Source: a virus
Taxonomy: Duplodnaviria > Caudoviricetes
Direction: 5' to 3' (one strand)
IMG/VR virus record: IMGVR_UViG_3300033562_002574
Coordinates: 1 to 24,156 of that record
Length of the DNA stretch: 24,156 nucleotides
This document shows positions 1 through 9,014 of the stretch, in pieces (position 1 is the stretch's first letter; each line of letters opens with the position of its first letter). A model generated the notes under the pieces. The model was given only the letters and a program-made list of their open reading frames with translations, was not told the origin of the DNA and did no database searches. Made by a program: the position numbers and the translations under genes.

Positions 1-2371
1 CTTTTGTCTTTTCTATTCGTTTATTATATTCATATTCCGAAAGTGCTATACGTTTAGCCAAACCCTCTGCCATTGCGTCTATCCGTAATCGCTCAAGATC
101 TTCTCCGGACGTTCCTTTTGTTTCAGTTTCTCCTCCTTGCAACTTTTTTAACCGTTCTATTTCTGCCGTTAGTTTTTTAATCAATAAATCGGCTTCGGTA
201 GTTGCATTATTGTTGGTATTTGTTGCCTTTGTAACTCCGCCCAATGTTTCTATATAAGCATTATAAAATTTTGTTATTTCTTCCATTGCAGCGGCTTCTT
301 CTTTGCGGGCGGTTATTATATCATTTACATTCGAATGAAATCGCGTAGAACCCTCTACTGAGAGTAATATATTTGTAACAGTAGTTTTGTCATAAATTTT
401 TGAATATTTAGCAGCAAGCTTTTTTATAACATCAAATTGATTTTCTGCTTCTTTTGAAAATTGTTGTATATCAGCAGTAACTGCGCCTGCTATTTCGGAA
501 TTTGTTCTATCGGTTAATCGTTCTTTTATATTTTGAATTGCTGTTTTTTGTTTTTCAAGCGAAGCATTCACAGCATTAGTAATGTCCGCATCTTTTGCTT
601 TTAAAGCTATACTATTAACTAAGGCTGCATTGGCAAGGTTTTGTGCAGATTCTATTTCTTGCAGTGTCGATTTTTCGGTCAATAAATTAGGCAAGTACTC
701 ACCATAAGCAATATTTATTTGTGTTATTGCTGTGTTCCGTTCAGTAGTTCCTATGCCGGCATTCTTTAACCGCGTAAAAACATTGCTTAATTTATCTTGT
801 TCTACGGTTAAATTGGTATTCAACTCTCCCACATTTACCGAAGCCTCTTTAACATTACTGCTAAATAAACTGTACGCAGTTAATGCAGTTGTTATAATAG
901 TTAGTACTACTCCAATAGGATTAGTTTTTAGTGCTGTGGTAAAAGCTTTTGTTGCGGTTGTTACAGCATTAGTTGCTGTAGCTTGTAAACGTTTCACAGT
1001 TATATCTTTCAACGACAAACTTATACCTTGCGTTTGCGCGTCATTTGCAAGCATTGCCGATATTTTAAACCCGACATAAGCTACACCAAGCGCAATTACT
1101 CCTTTACTTAATTGCAATATTGTATTTGCATTTTTTCTTATAAAGCCGAAAAAGCTTGTTAATAAGTCAAGAGTTCCGGTGTAAACGGTATTTATTGCAC
1201 TACCTTCTTTGCTTATATCTTTGCTTAATTCAGCGATTTCCTTAGCTAACTCGCGGTTACTTTGTGTTATAGCGGTAGTTTTCACCTCAATATCATCAAG
1301 GTTTGTACTTACATCTTTCAAACTGGTTATGTATTTATAACCAGCCTTTTCGCCTGCTGCACCGAATATGTTTGCAATAGCTTCGCCAACTTCGGGTGAG
1401 TCTTTTTTCAAAGTCGATAACTTTTCCGAAATTAATTGTATAGCTGCAAACACACCTTTCTTTTCAATCAGATCTTTTATTCCGGTTGATGATATACCTA
1501 TTTTAGTAAGTGCATCTTGTGTTGCTTTTGGCAGTTCGCGCAACCTTAGCAACCCTTCTTCTATGGTTGCCAAACCGTAATCACTAAACACACCTTGCCG
1601 TTGTGCCATAACAGTTATAGCAGCAAATTGCTCTAACGAAACACTCGCCTCGCGCAAATTAGCAGGGTATTCGCGCAAATTATCTAACACCTCGCCAAAA
1701 TTACCTCCGGCACGTTCCAAACTTTTGTCGATTATATCTAATGCTTTTGCACCCGAAACTCCGTATTCATTAGTCAATGCGTTTGCAGCAAGTTTTATAT
1801 TTTCGGCATTCTCTTGGTATGCAATACTTATAAATCTAATCTTTTGAGTTAAGTCATCAATGTTATCACCTTTTTGTGCAAGCATAGTTGCAGCGGTTGC
1901 AGCCTCGTTTGTTTGGTCGGCTACATTTTTCAGTTGCGCACCAAGCGCAGTAACCGTTGCTATTGCCACCGCACTTTCCAAAGTGCCAAGCAATTTGTTA
2001 GTTGCAACATTAGCTGCGTCGCTGCCTTTTTTCATTGCAGCAAAAGCCTCTACCGATTTTGTTCTTAGCCTCGTTAATTCCTTGTTTGTCTCATCAAGTT
2101 TGCTGTTTACTACGGCAATAGTGTTTTCACTTTTTGCTTTCCGCAATTGCATATTTAACCGCTTTTGTCTGTCTTCAAGCTTTTCAATTATGCCATATTG
2201 CTTTTTCAGCATTGCATTAACTTTTGCGGTTTTTTCGGTCTGAAAAACTCGCTCGGCGGCATTGTCGAACTCTTCTAACTTCCGTTCGGTTTCCTTCAAC
2301 GAACTTTGATAAGCTTTAAAGCCTTTTTCAATGTCCGATAAATCGAGTATTATTTTAGCTTCTGCGCTCAT
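1..2371 (-). CDS. Tail tape measure protein (3' part beyond the window)
   Basis: Not in the ORF track because it has no stop in the window. ATG at 2371 (MSAEAKIILDLSDIEKGFKAYQSSL...) overlaps the TGA of the upstream ORF (ATGA). The same frame is open at positions 1-60. It is long and Ala-rich, with TMP-like segments (EYPANLREAS..GVFSDYGLATIEEGLLRLRE, IANIFGAAGEKAG), and follows a chaperone frameshift pair. Confidence 0.9.
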   Translation of the reverse strand, partial: MSAEAKIILDLSDIEKGFKAYQSSLKETERKLEEFDNAAERVFQTEKTAKVNAMLKKQYGIIEKLEDRQKRLNMQLRKAKSENTIAVVNSKLDETNKELTRLRTKSVEAFAAMKKGSDAANVATNKLLGTLESAVAIATVTALGAQLKNVADQTNEAATAATMLAQKGDNIDDLTQKIRFISIAYQENAENIKLAANALTNEYGVSGAKALDIIDKSLERAGGNFGEVLDNLREYPANLREASVSLEQFAAITVMAQRQGVFSDYGLATIEEGLLRLRELPKATQDALTKIGISSTGIKDLIEKKGVFAAIQLISEKLSTLKKDSPEVGEAIANIFGAAGEKAGYKYITSLKDVSTNLDDIEVKTTAITQSNRELAKEIAELSKDISKEGSAINTVYTGTLDLLTSFFGFIRKNANTILQLSKGVIALGVAYVGFKISAMLANDAQTQGISLSLKDITVKRLQATATNAVTTATKAFTTALKTNPIGVVLTIITTALTAYSLFSSNVKEASVNVGELNTNLTVEQDKLSNVFTRLKNAGIGTTERNTAITQINIAYGEYLPNLLTEKSTLQEIESAQNLANAALVNSIALKAKDADITNAVNASLEKQKTAIQNIKERLTDRTNSEIAGAVTADIQQFSKEAENQFDVIKKLAAKYSKIYDKTTVTNILLSVEGSTRFHSNVNDIITARKEEAAAMEEITKFYNAYIETLGGVTKATNTNNNATTEADLLIKKLTAEIERLKKLQGGETETKGTSGEDLERLRIDAMAEGLAKRIALSEYEYNKRIEKTK

Positions 2372-2553
2372 TTTTTTGCCTCTTTATCTATGGTTTCTAA
2401 TATTTCGAAAAAACGGAAAGTTAAGAGTCTCTCGGTATTGGTAACACTATCGTTGTTAAACTTGCTAACCGCATTTACAGCCGTATTATAAAAGTTATCT
2501 ATTTCGCGGTTATTAAATTCAATAAATTGTTTGTTCTTATTTACTTCTTTTTT
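2368..2553 (-). CDS. Tail assembly chaperone GT-like extension, reached by -1 frameshift (fusion about 231 aa, 3062->2368)
   Basis: The frame of track ORF 2368..2694 is -1 relative to 2541..3062. Slippery A AAA AAG lies at 2553-2547, one codon before the stop. Its TGA overlaps the tape measure ATG. Confidence 0.75.
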   Translation of the reverse strand, partial: KKEVNKNKQFIEFNNREIDNFYNTAVNAVSKFNNDSVTNTERLLTFRFFEILETIDKEAKK

Positions 2554-3062
2554 GCGTTTATCAACTTGTCGGTTACAGCTTTTCTCTTCTGCGAAAAATT
2601 TAGCAAATCGGCGGACAAGTCGTCGATAGAATTCTGAAGCAAGCGATTCGCTAAATGAAAAAAATCGGTAATGGCAAAACCTTCGGCTTCCCAATCGGCT
2701 ATTTTCATGTCGTTATAACCTTTATCGAATTTTGTTGCATCTTCGTTTTCACGGTTTATAAACAAGGCACAGAGTTGCAAAATTGCATGGTATTGTTTAT
2801 CGATAGCATTGCGCGTGCTGTGCATATTGTTTTGGCATATAGCAAGAACTTTACTTCTATCTATATCATTGCCGTTTACTTGGTTAAATATTTCAAGAAA
2901 ATCGGCAAACAAACCCTGCTCGTCTTTACTTCCGAACCGGATTAATATTTTCAACCTTTGGAACTCCCTAAACCTTGCAATAGGAATCTCTTCGGTTATA
3001 TAATATCTATTGCCATTGGCAATAAATGCCTTTGTGCCAAAATCTAAATGTTTAACATTCAT
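2541..3062 (-). CDS. Putative tail assembly chaperone (lambda gpG-like position)
   Basis: 173-aa ORF directly upstream of the tape measure gene, ending GCA AAA AAG AAG TAA. Function is assigned from synteny and the frameshift signal. Confidence 0.7.
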   Translation of the reverse strand: MNVKHLDFGTKAFIANGNRYYITEEIPIARFREFQRLKILIRFGSKDEQGLFADFLEIFNQVNGNDIDRSKVLAICQNNMHSTRNAIDKQYHAILQLCALFINRENEDATKFDKGYNDMKIADWEAEGFAITDFFHLANRLLQNSIDDLSADLLNFSQKRKAVTDKLINAKKK

Positions 3063-3762
3063 TAGGTAGAAGTTTTAAAAGGTTACCATTAAGATATTTG
3101 TATTGTTTTTCGGCATCAAATACAGCCGTTTTCAAAGCATTTTGAATTTCCGACAAGTAGAGCATCATCCGCTCATTGTTATTATCGAAAACTTTACTGT
3201 GAGTAATTGCATCAATTAAGTGTAATATATGCTCTACGTTGCGCTCGTGGAATTTATTAAAACCGTTCTGCCCGTTCATTATAAATTCATAGATTGCAAT
3301 ACCTGCATCGTCGTATTCTGCAATTAGTTGGTTTCTTATTCCGGTATTATATTCTTTTATAATGCTTTCAATCTCTGCAACAAAACGCATAAATAACTCC
3401 TCGCCGCTTAATTTCTTATATTCGAATTGAATTACAAAAAATTTGGTTCTACAAACTGTGGTTTCTATTTTAGTTAGTAGTACAATTTGAAATATCTTAT
3501 TCAAATAGGGTTTACCGAAATCCATTGTGCGTACTTTATGCTTGTAAAACTCTGTTTTGTAAAATAGTTCATGCGCAAGTACATCACCATCGGTTATCTT
3601 GTCTAAAACTTTCTTTAACAAACGCATCAGTTTTTCGACATTATTATTTTTGAAAACCTTACTTATAATAAATATCAAAATAACCAATGTTAATATAATT
3701 GCCGTTGCGTAGGGCGATGAACTCTTTACAAGCTGCAATACAAGTTTCAAAAGCTCTTCCAT
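3052..3762 (-). CDS. Hypothetical membrane-anchored phage protein
   Basis: 236 aa with one N-terminal hydrophobic helix (ATAIILTLVILIFII) followed by a soluble helical region. Overlaps the next gene by 11 nt. Confidence 0.75.
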   Translation of the reverse strand: MEELLKLVLQLVKSSSPYATAIILTLVILIFIISKVFKNNNVEKLMRLLKKVLDKITDGDVLAHELFYKTEFYKHKVRTMDFGKPYLNKIFQIVLLTKIETTVCRTKFFVIQFEYKKLSGEELFMRFVAEIESIIKEYNTGIRNQLIAEYDDAGIAIYEFIMNGQNGFNKFHERNVEHILHLIDAITHSKVFDNNNERMMLYLSEIQNALKTAVFDAEKQYKYLNGNLLKLLPNEC

Positions 3763-3771
3763 TGTGAGTTG

Positions 3772-3807
3772 AAAAAAAGGGCAGTCAAATTATAAAATAA
3801 CTGCCCT
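3772..3807 (-). terminator. Intrinsic terminator after the major capsid gene
   Basis: AGGGCAGT (3778-3785) / ACTGCCCT (3800-3807) stem. The + strand A-run at 3772-3778 gives a U-tract on the minus transcript. Confidence 0.7.
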
Positions 3808-3854
3808 GTTGGTTTACTAATTCGATTAAAATAAAGTATATGAATAAAAAGAAA

Positions 3855-4916
3855 CTACGCAGCAGCTTGGCGAATTATAACAACTCCCTCGTTACCATTT
3901 CTACGGCGGCGACCTCCGGCATTAACCAAAAGAGAAAATGTATCACCGTAGTACTCGGGGTCATTCTCATTGAAGAATTCTATAATTGTACCGACCGCCT
4001 TTTCTACCGCATTTTTTTGCCAGCATATAGCAGCGGCATTGTCGGTAGTTGCACCTGTTGCTCCAGGCGCAAGTAATACACCTGCTGTGGTATAAACTAA
4101 AACGGTGGAGCGTTTTCGGATTTTGAAACCTGCATATTCTCCTACTATTCCTTTTGCCAGATTGGCACCCGCACCTAAGTTGGTAAGCTCGCGTTCGGTT
4201 AAGGAGTCTAATAATTGTTGATACATTCGGGCATCTAACAATGCAAATCTATCTACTTCCGGCACGTTCAGTTCGTCCATTCGCGCCTGCGCTTCAGTTA
4301 ATGCAGCTTTTGTTAAAGTCTTTCTATTTCCGGTGGCATTAGTAGTATGTGCAGCAATTGCATCACCTTTTGTGGCAACTATATTTGTAACATCTTTTGC
4401 CCACAAATATTTGATGTATTCCACATAACTAAGTTCAATAGCTTGCATATCTTCGGCAAGGCAACTGCGCATTTTGTCGTAAGATAATTCAATCTGGTCG
4501 GCGTGGGTTAATACTCTCGGGTCGGTTGTGTACTCGTCAAGCATGTAAGATACATCTACATCTTCGCGTCTTTTAACTACAGCAGGCAAAATAGTTCTAT
4601 TTCGCTTAACTGCGCTGGGTTGCCCTGCGTTTGGTATATGCACCACTTTACCTGCCAAAACAAATTCGCTTGCATCAAACGAATCGTTAATAAACAGGTT
4701 GTTTGCGAATAGGTTTTCAACAATCATGTTATGCCATACCTCTACATTAATTCCCACTCCGAGCACTCCGTTAGGTAGTTTTGGCAATAAGGCGGCAGCG
4801 AAGGTACCAAGCCCGACTGCCGTGGGGTCAAACCCAAACTGTGCCAAGCCCGCAGATGATATTGCCGAAATGATTAAGGCAAGGAATAAACTCATTATAA
4901 TTTTAAATGCTTTCAT
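3855..4916 (-). CDS. Major capsid protein with a hydrophobic N-terminal leader
   Basis: 353 aa, downstream of the protease and followed by a terminator. Coat-like segments: EVWHNMIVENLF, GKVVHIPNAG, MDELNVPEVDRFALLD, GIVGEYAGFKI. Confidence 0.85.
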   Translation of the reverse strand: MKAFKIIMSLFLALIISAISSAGLAQFGFDPTAVGLGTFAAALLPKLPNGVLGVGINVEVWHNMIVENLFANNLFINDSFDASEFVLAGKVVHIPNAGQPSAVKRNRTILPAVVKRREDVDVSYMLDEYTTDPRVLTHADQIELSYDKMRSCLAEDMQAIELSYVEYIKYLWAKDVTNIVATKGDAIAAHTTNATGNRKTLTKAALTEAQARMDELNVPEVDRFALLDARMYQQLLDSLTERELTNLGAGANLAKGIVGEYAGFKIRKRSTVLVYTTAGVLLAPGATGATTDNAAAICWQKNAVEKAVGTIIEFFNENDPEYYGDTFSLLVNAGGRRRRNGNEGVVIIRQAAA

Positions 4917-4970
4917 TTTTCGAATAGTTTTGAATTATTAATTTATTGAACTGTTTTGCAACAAAAAACT

Positions 4971-5318
4971 TTAATCAATTTGAATTGTCGAAACGCAAAC
5001 GAAATTACTTCCGTCAAACTCAAATTTAGCTACTTTGGTTTTCGAAATCACTCCGGCAATGGCATTACCTTCGAGTCCTGTTCCTAAGGTTACATCTCTT
5101 GCTGTGGTATCCGAAGTTAAACGTAAAGTTAATTCTGCGCCAACTTCAACTTCGTCCGAAATATCTAAATTCACGGTAACATCATCTTCCAATGTTCCTA
5201 CGGTTACAATGGTTTTGTTGTTTTTTATAACAATATCATCGCTAATATCGGCATAAGCTATTGATTGAACGTCCGCTTCACCGAAAGGCCATTTCACTAC
5301 TTGGTCACTTGCATACAT
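4971..5318 (-). CDS. Putative capsid decoration / small beta-rich structural protein
   Basis: 115 aa, acidic, rich in T/V/D, located between the protease and capsid genes (typical decoration-protein slot). Confidence 0.55.
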   Translation of the reverse strand: MYASDQVVKWPFGEADVQSIAYADISDDIVIKNNKTIVTVGTLEDDVTVNLDISDEVEVGAELTLRLTSDTTARDVTLGTGLEGNAIAGVISKTKVAKFEFDGSNFVCVSTIQID

Positions 5319-5392
5319 ATTTTCAAGGTTTTTAGTTTGTTAATTAATCTAATTTCAATTTAAATAATGGAGCTTTTAATACAGTGGAAACT

Positions 5393-6418
5393 CTAAAACT
5401 TATATTCTTTGCCAAACTCAGCTTTGTATTTAGCCGAAAATATTTCGGGGTCGCTCTCTTTTAGTTGTTTTAAATAAGAAGAATGCTTCTTTTGTAATTC
5501 GGTAAACGACAAATTGCTGCGTTCGTCCAAATCTCCGGCTTTCCGGTTATCTGTGTAATCTGCCAAACTTTTAAACTTTGGCAACAGCTCAACCGCTTTG
5601 GTTGCTACTTCGGGGTCTATGGCAAACATTTTTAGGTAATTCGCTTTTGCCTCTTCTGTTAATTTCAAATCCTTGTCATCTAACTTTGCGCTAAACGCGG
5701 CTAATTTTTCTTTTTGCAAATTTACTTTTAAATCTTTTAATTCATTTTCAGCCGTTTCCTTTTCGGTTTTCAGCAAAACTAATTGATTGGCATTAACAGT
5801 TGCATCTTGTGTTAATTTCAAAACTTTTGCTTTAAAATCATCAAAAGAAAAATCATCCGAAAGGTGCAATATTGCAACAATCTCTTTTAATTGCTTTTCA
5901 TTCATAATTTCAACTTTTTTTAAATTAATATTAATTTCAGGGGTGTCCGATAATTTCAATTCCAAACCTTTGTCGTCGTAAAGTTTCACGGCGTTATCAT
6001 TAGCACCGCGGTCTACAATTGATGCCTCAAGTAATATAGAATTTGTAATAGTCTCGCGGGTTTGTCCGGCACGCAGCCATTCTGAGTCGGCACTAAACGA
6101 CATTACACGCAACCCTGCACTTGCCATTCTGTAAACACCAGACTCTACCTTTTGCTTAATCTTCAAGGCAAACTCGTCTTTTTTATCAAACACAGGCTCG
6201 GCGGTTATTGCAGCTATTCCGTTTATAGTTTCCTTTTGGTAATTTGTCCATGTGCCAATGGCATGTACCATGTTTGCACCCGAATTGTTAAAGTCTGCCG
6301 GGCGCATGTGCATAAACAGCATAATAGGGTTTTTCTCAAACTGACTTAAATCTATGCCTGCCACAGATACCCAGTAACCCGAACGCATTAACGACTCATC
6401 TATAATTACAAATTTCAT
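5393..6418 (-). CDS. Prohead protease with C-terminal scaffold region
   Basis: N-terminal HK97-type protease motifs (NPIMLFMH, IGTW, ASAG, LLEASIVDRGANDNA) and a charged coiled-coil C-terminal half. First gene of the leftward late operon. Confidence 0.85.
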   Translation of the reverse strand: MKFVIIDESLMRSGYWVSVAGIDLSQFEKNPIMLFMHMRPADFNNSGANMVHAIGTWTNYQKETINGIAAITAEPVFDKKDEFALKIKQKVESGVYRMASAGLRVMSFSADSEWLRAGQTRETITNSILLEASIVDRGANDNAVKLYDDKGLELKLSDTPEININLKKVEIMNEKQLKEIVAILHLSDDFSFDDFKAKVLKLTQDATVNANQLVLLKTEKETAENELKDLKVNLQKEKLAAFSAKLDDKDLKLTEEAKANYLKMFAIDPEVATKAVELLPKFKSLADYTDNRKAGDLDERSNLSFTELQKKHSSYLKQLKESDPEIFSAKYKAEFGKEYKF

Positions 6419-6455
6419 GGTTTGTCGAATTTTAATTATCTATTGTTTTGAAATA

Positions 6456-6588
6456 CAAATTTGCAGTGTTTTATTTTTGAATAAAAATTAGCTGTACAAA
6501 ACATAACGCAGATTGCTAAAATTTATAGCATTTTCCGTTATGTTTTATACAGCTAATTTTTTTAGTACTCTTATATAGTAGAAATTTG
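6456..6588. promoter_or_regulatory. Symmetric bidirectional late promoter / operator region
   Basis: 26-bp inverted repeat 6483-6508 / 6536-6561 (25/26 match), inner TGCTA/TAGCA, and nAAATTTG boxes at 6456-6463 (-) and 6581-6588 (+). All are mirrored about position 6522, between the divergent protease and terminase genes. Confidence 0.75.
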
Positions 6589-6592
6589 CATT

Positions 6593-7039
6593 ATGAAAAC
6601 ACTGAAATTAAAAACAAAAAAAGACTTAGCGAAGTCGCTATTTCTTACCAACATGTCGCAAAAAGAGATTGCCGACAAGTTAAATGTAACTGAAAAGACT
6701 ATTTCGAAATGGGTAATTACAGGTGCATGGCGCGAAGAGCGTGATGCAAGAGAATTAACCGTCGAGCGCGAATTGCCACGAATTTTAGCGCAATTCAAAG
6801 AACTGAACGATAGCATTCAAGCGAGAGCGGAAGGAAAGCGGTTTGCCACAAATGCCGAAGTTCAAATACTACGAGAATATAAAAACATGTTACTTTCATT
6901 AGATAACATGCCATTAGCCAACACTGTTAATGTGCTGCAATCGTTTCTTCGATTCATGAAAACGGTTGATATTGCAAAAGCAAAAGATTTTAGCAATTAC
7001 ATTGATGTATTTATACAAAGGGAAGCGCAACGTATTTAA
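6593..7039 (+). CDS. Putative terminase small subunit (HTH)
   Basis: 148 aa with an N-terminal HTH (MSQKEIADKLNVTEKTISKW), immediately upstream of the large terminase. Confidence 0.8.
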   Translation: MKTLKLKTKKDLAKSLFLTNMSQKEIADKLNVTEKTISKWVITGAWREERDARELTVERELPRILAQFKELNDSIQARAEGKRFATNAEVQILREYKNMLLSLDNMPLANTVNVLQSFLRFMKTVDIAKAKDFSNYIDVFIQREAQRI

Positions 7040-7063
7040 GGTTTATCTATTAAAAAAACACAC

Positions 7064-8593
7064 ATGGCAAAGAAAACTACTAAGCAAGTTTTAACCGGCT
7101 GGCATTTATTTTACGAAGAGTTAATGCAGGAAACTGCAAACGAACTTTCAAACGAAAGCTTGTCAGAAAAGCGCGAACGTATTGCAATGTTGGAGGCAGA
7201 TGTTGAAAAATGGTTTAAATACTATTTTTCGAAATATGCCTATGCCGAGCCAGCCAAATTCCACAAAAGGGCAACTCAAAGGTTGCTTAATAATAATCAA
7301 TGGTACGAATGCCGCGCTTGGAGCAGAGAAATGGCGAAAGATGCCAGAACTATGTTTGAGTTTATATATCTATCATTAACCGGAAAGGTTAAAAACATAT
7401 TATTTATTAGCCATTCGTGGGAGCAAGCTGCAAACCTGCTCGAACCTTATAGAATAACCTTAGAACGCAACCCAAGAATAATAAGCGATTACGGCACGCA
7501 AGCCTCTATTACCGATTGGGCTAAGGGAACTTTTACCACAACAAAAGGAGTTTCGTTTACTGCGGTTGGCGCAGGACAAAACCCTCGCGGTGCGCGCAAA
7601 GAAGAAATACGTCCCGATGGTATTATTTTTTCGGATATTGATACCGACGAGGAAGTATTAAAACAAAGCCGAATAGATAAAAAATGGAAGTGGATTGAGG
7701 GAGCGGTGCTCGGCACAATTTCAGTTTCGAAATCGTATCGTATTGTTTTTCTAAATAATATTTTAGCAAAAGACACTTGCATGACGCGAGCCATGGAAAA
7801 AGCTATGCACGCCGAAACAATTAACATCCGCGACAAAAACGGCAAAAGCAATTGGCCTGATAAAAACAGTGAGGAGGCAATCGACAAAATATTAGCACTA
7901 ACAAGTTATGTAAATACACAGCGCGAATACTTTAACAACCCTATTACCGAAGGCGATGTTTTTAAAACTATAACTTGGGCACCTTTGCCAAAAGGGAAAG
8001 ATATGAAAGTTATAATGAAATACGGCGACCCTTCGTATTCGAATAACACAAAAGCGACAAACTCTCGCAAATGTATTGTTGCTGTAACCGAAATTGAAGG
8101 GAGTTATTACATTTTATCATGTAAACTTGCTCAAGCAACTGCTGCCGATTTTGTTAAATGGTTTTGGCAAATAGACCACGACTACACTAAGAACAAAGCG
8201 CAAATAAAAGAATATATAGAGAACAATAGTTTACAAAACCCCTATTACGAACAGGTTTTAATTCCTTTGTTTACCGACTACTCAAAAGAAGTAGAGGAAT
8301 TAAAAATACCAAAAGCTGATGATCGACAAAAAATAGGAAAGTTCGAAAGGGTAGAAGGAAATTTAGAACCACTGAACAGGGTAGGCAAGTTGATTTTTAA
8401 TGAAGCTCAAAAAAATAACCCTTACATGATATTACTTGCCGAACAATTTAAAGCTTTCAACAAAGATACAGCACAAAAATTAGATGGACCTGATACTGTT
8501 GAAGGTGCAGTTTTCTTGTTACAAAAACTAACGAAAGGCTCTGCCGAAATAAAAACTTATAAACATAGTCCAAACCTTAAATACCGTTACTAA
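7064..8593 (+). CDS. terL: Terminase large subunit
   Basis: 509 aa. Walker A-like WSREMAKD, GQNPRG, Walker B-like IIFSDIDTDE, REYFNNP linker, and nuclease motifs YGDPS and DGPD. Confidence 0.9.
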   Translation: MAKKTTKQVLTGWHLFYEELMQETANELSNESLSEKRERIAMLEADVEKWFKYYFSKYAYAEPAKFHKRATQRLLNNNQWYECRAWSREMAKDARTMFEFIYLSLTGKVKNILFISHSWEQAANLLEPYRITLERNPRIISDYGTQASITDWAKGTFTTTKGVSFTAVGAGQNPRGARKEEIRPDGIIFSDIDTDEEVLKQSRIDKKWKWIEGAVLGTISVSKSYRIVFLNNILAKDTCMTRAMEKAMHAETINIRDKNGKSNWPDKNSEEAIDKILALTSYVNTQREYFNNPITEGDVFKTITWAPLPKGKDMKVIMKYGDPSYSNNTKATNSRKCIVAVTEIEGSYYILSCKLAQATAADFVKWFWQIDHDYTKNKAQIKEYIENNSLQNPYYEQVLIPLFTDYSKEVEELKIPKADDRQKIGKFERVEGNLEPLNRVGKLIFNEAQKNNPYMILLAEQFKAFNKDTAQKLDGPDTVEGAVFLLQKLTKGSAEIKTYKHSPNLKYRY

Positions 8594-8594
8594 A

Positions 8595-9005
8595 ATGTTT
8601 TTAATAGAGACCGAATTATACACCGCAATACATCAACAGTATGTAGATGAAATAACTCGCGAAGATCCTGTTATAGTTCCGGCAGCTATCGATGCCGCGA
8701 TTATCGAAATGAAATCGTATCTATCATCTAAGTTCGATGTTGAAGTTATATTTAACAAAGAAGGCAGCGACCGCGACCCGCTTTTGCTGCAATTTGCAAA
8801 AGATATTACAATTTATAACTTCATTGAATTAGACAAAGCCGGAATAGATACAGAGGATAGAAGAGCCCGATATAAACGTGCTATAAAATATCTGGAAGAT
8901 GTTCGCGATGAATTGATTACAACTTCGCTACCACGACTAACAATTGATGCGATGCCAAAAACTATAATATATGCCTCACAACCGCGAAAAAACAACTATT
9001 ATTAA
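8595..9005 (+). CDS. Mu gp36-like head-tail adaptor (DUF1320-like)
   Basis: 136 aa with AIDAAIIEMKSYLSSKFDV and RYKRAIKYLEDV motifs, between the terminase and portal genes. Confidence 0.85.
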   Translation: MFLIETELYTAIHQQYVDEITREDPVIVPAAIDAAIIEMKSYLSSKFDVEVIFNKEGSDRDPLLLQFAKDITIYNFIELDKAGIDTEDRRARYKRAIKYLEDVRDELITTSLPRLTIDAMPKTIIYASQPRKNNYY

Positions 9006-9014
9006 TAAGCAACT

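Noticed and set aside
732-2243. Plus-strand ORFs 732..1079, 1368..1580, 1860..2243, 1874..2068
   Set aside because: Antisense shadows of the tape measure gene, which the ORF track omits.
2554-2694. N-terminal part of track ORF 2368..2694 as an independent gene
   Set aside because: It overlaps the chaperone gene out of frame. Only the part after the slippery site is likely translated.
6483-6561. 26-bp inverted repeat as an invertible promoter, MITE or attC site
   Set aside because: The spacer is only 27 bp and itself symmetric, no invertase or target duplication is seen, and it lacks the asymmetric attC-like arms. Divergent operators fit better.
7316-7345. Terminase Walker A ending KD rather than KS/T as evidence of inactivation
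   Set aside because: Terminase P-loops are variable and the other motifs are intact. This cannot be judged without an alignment.
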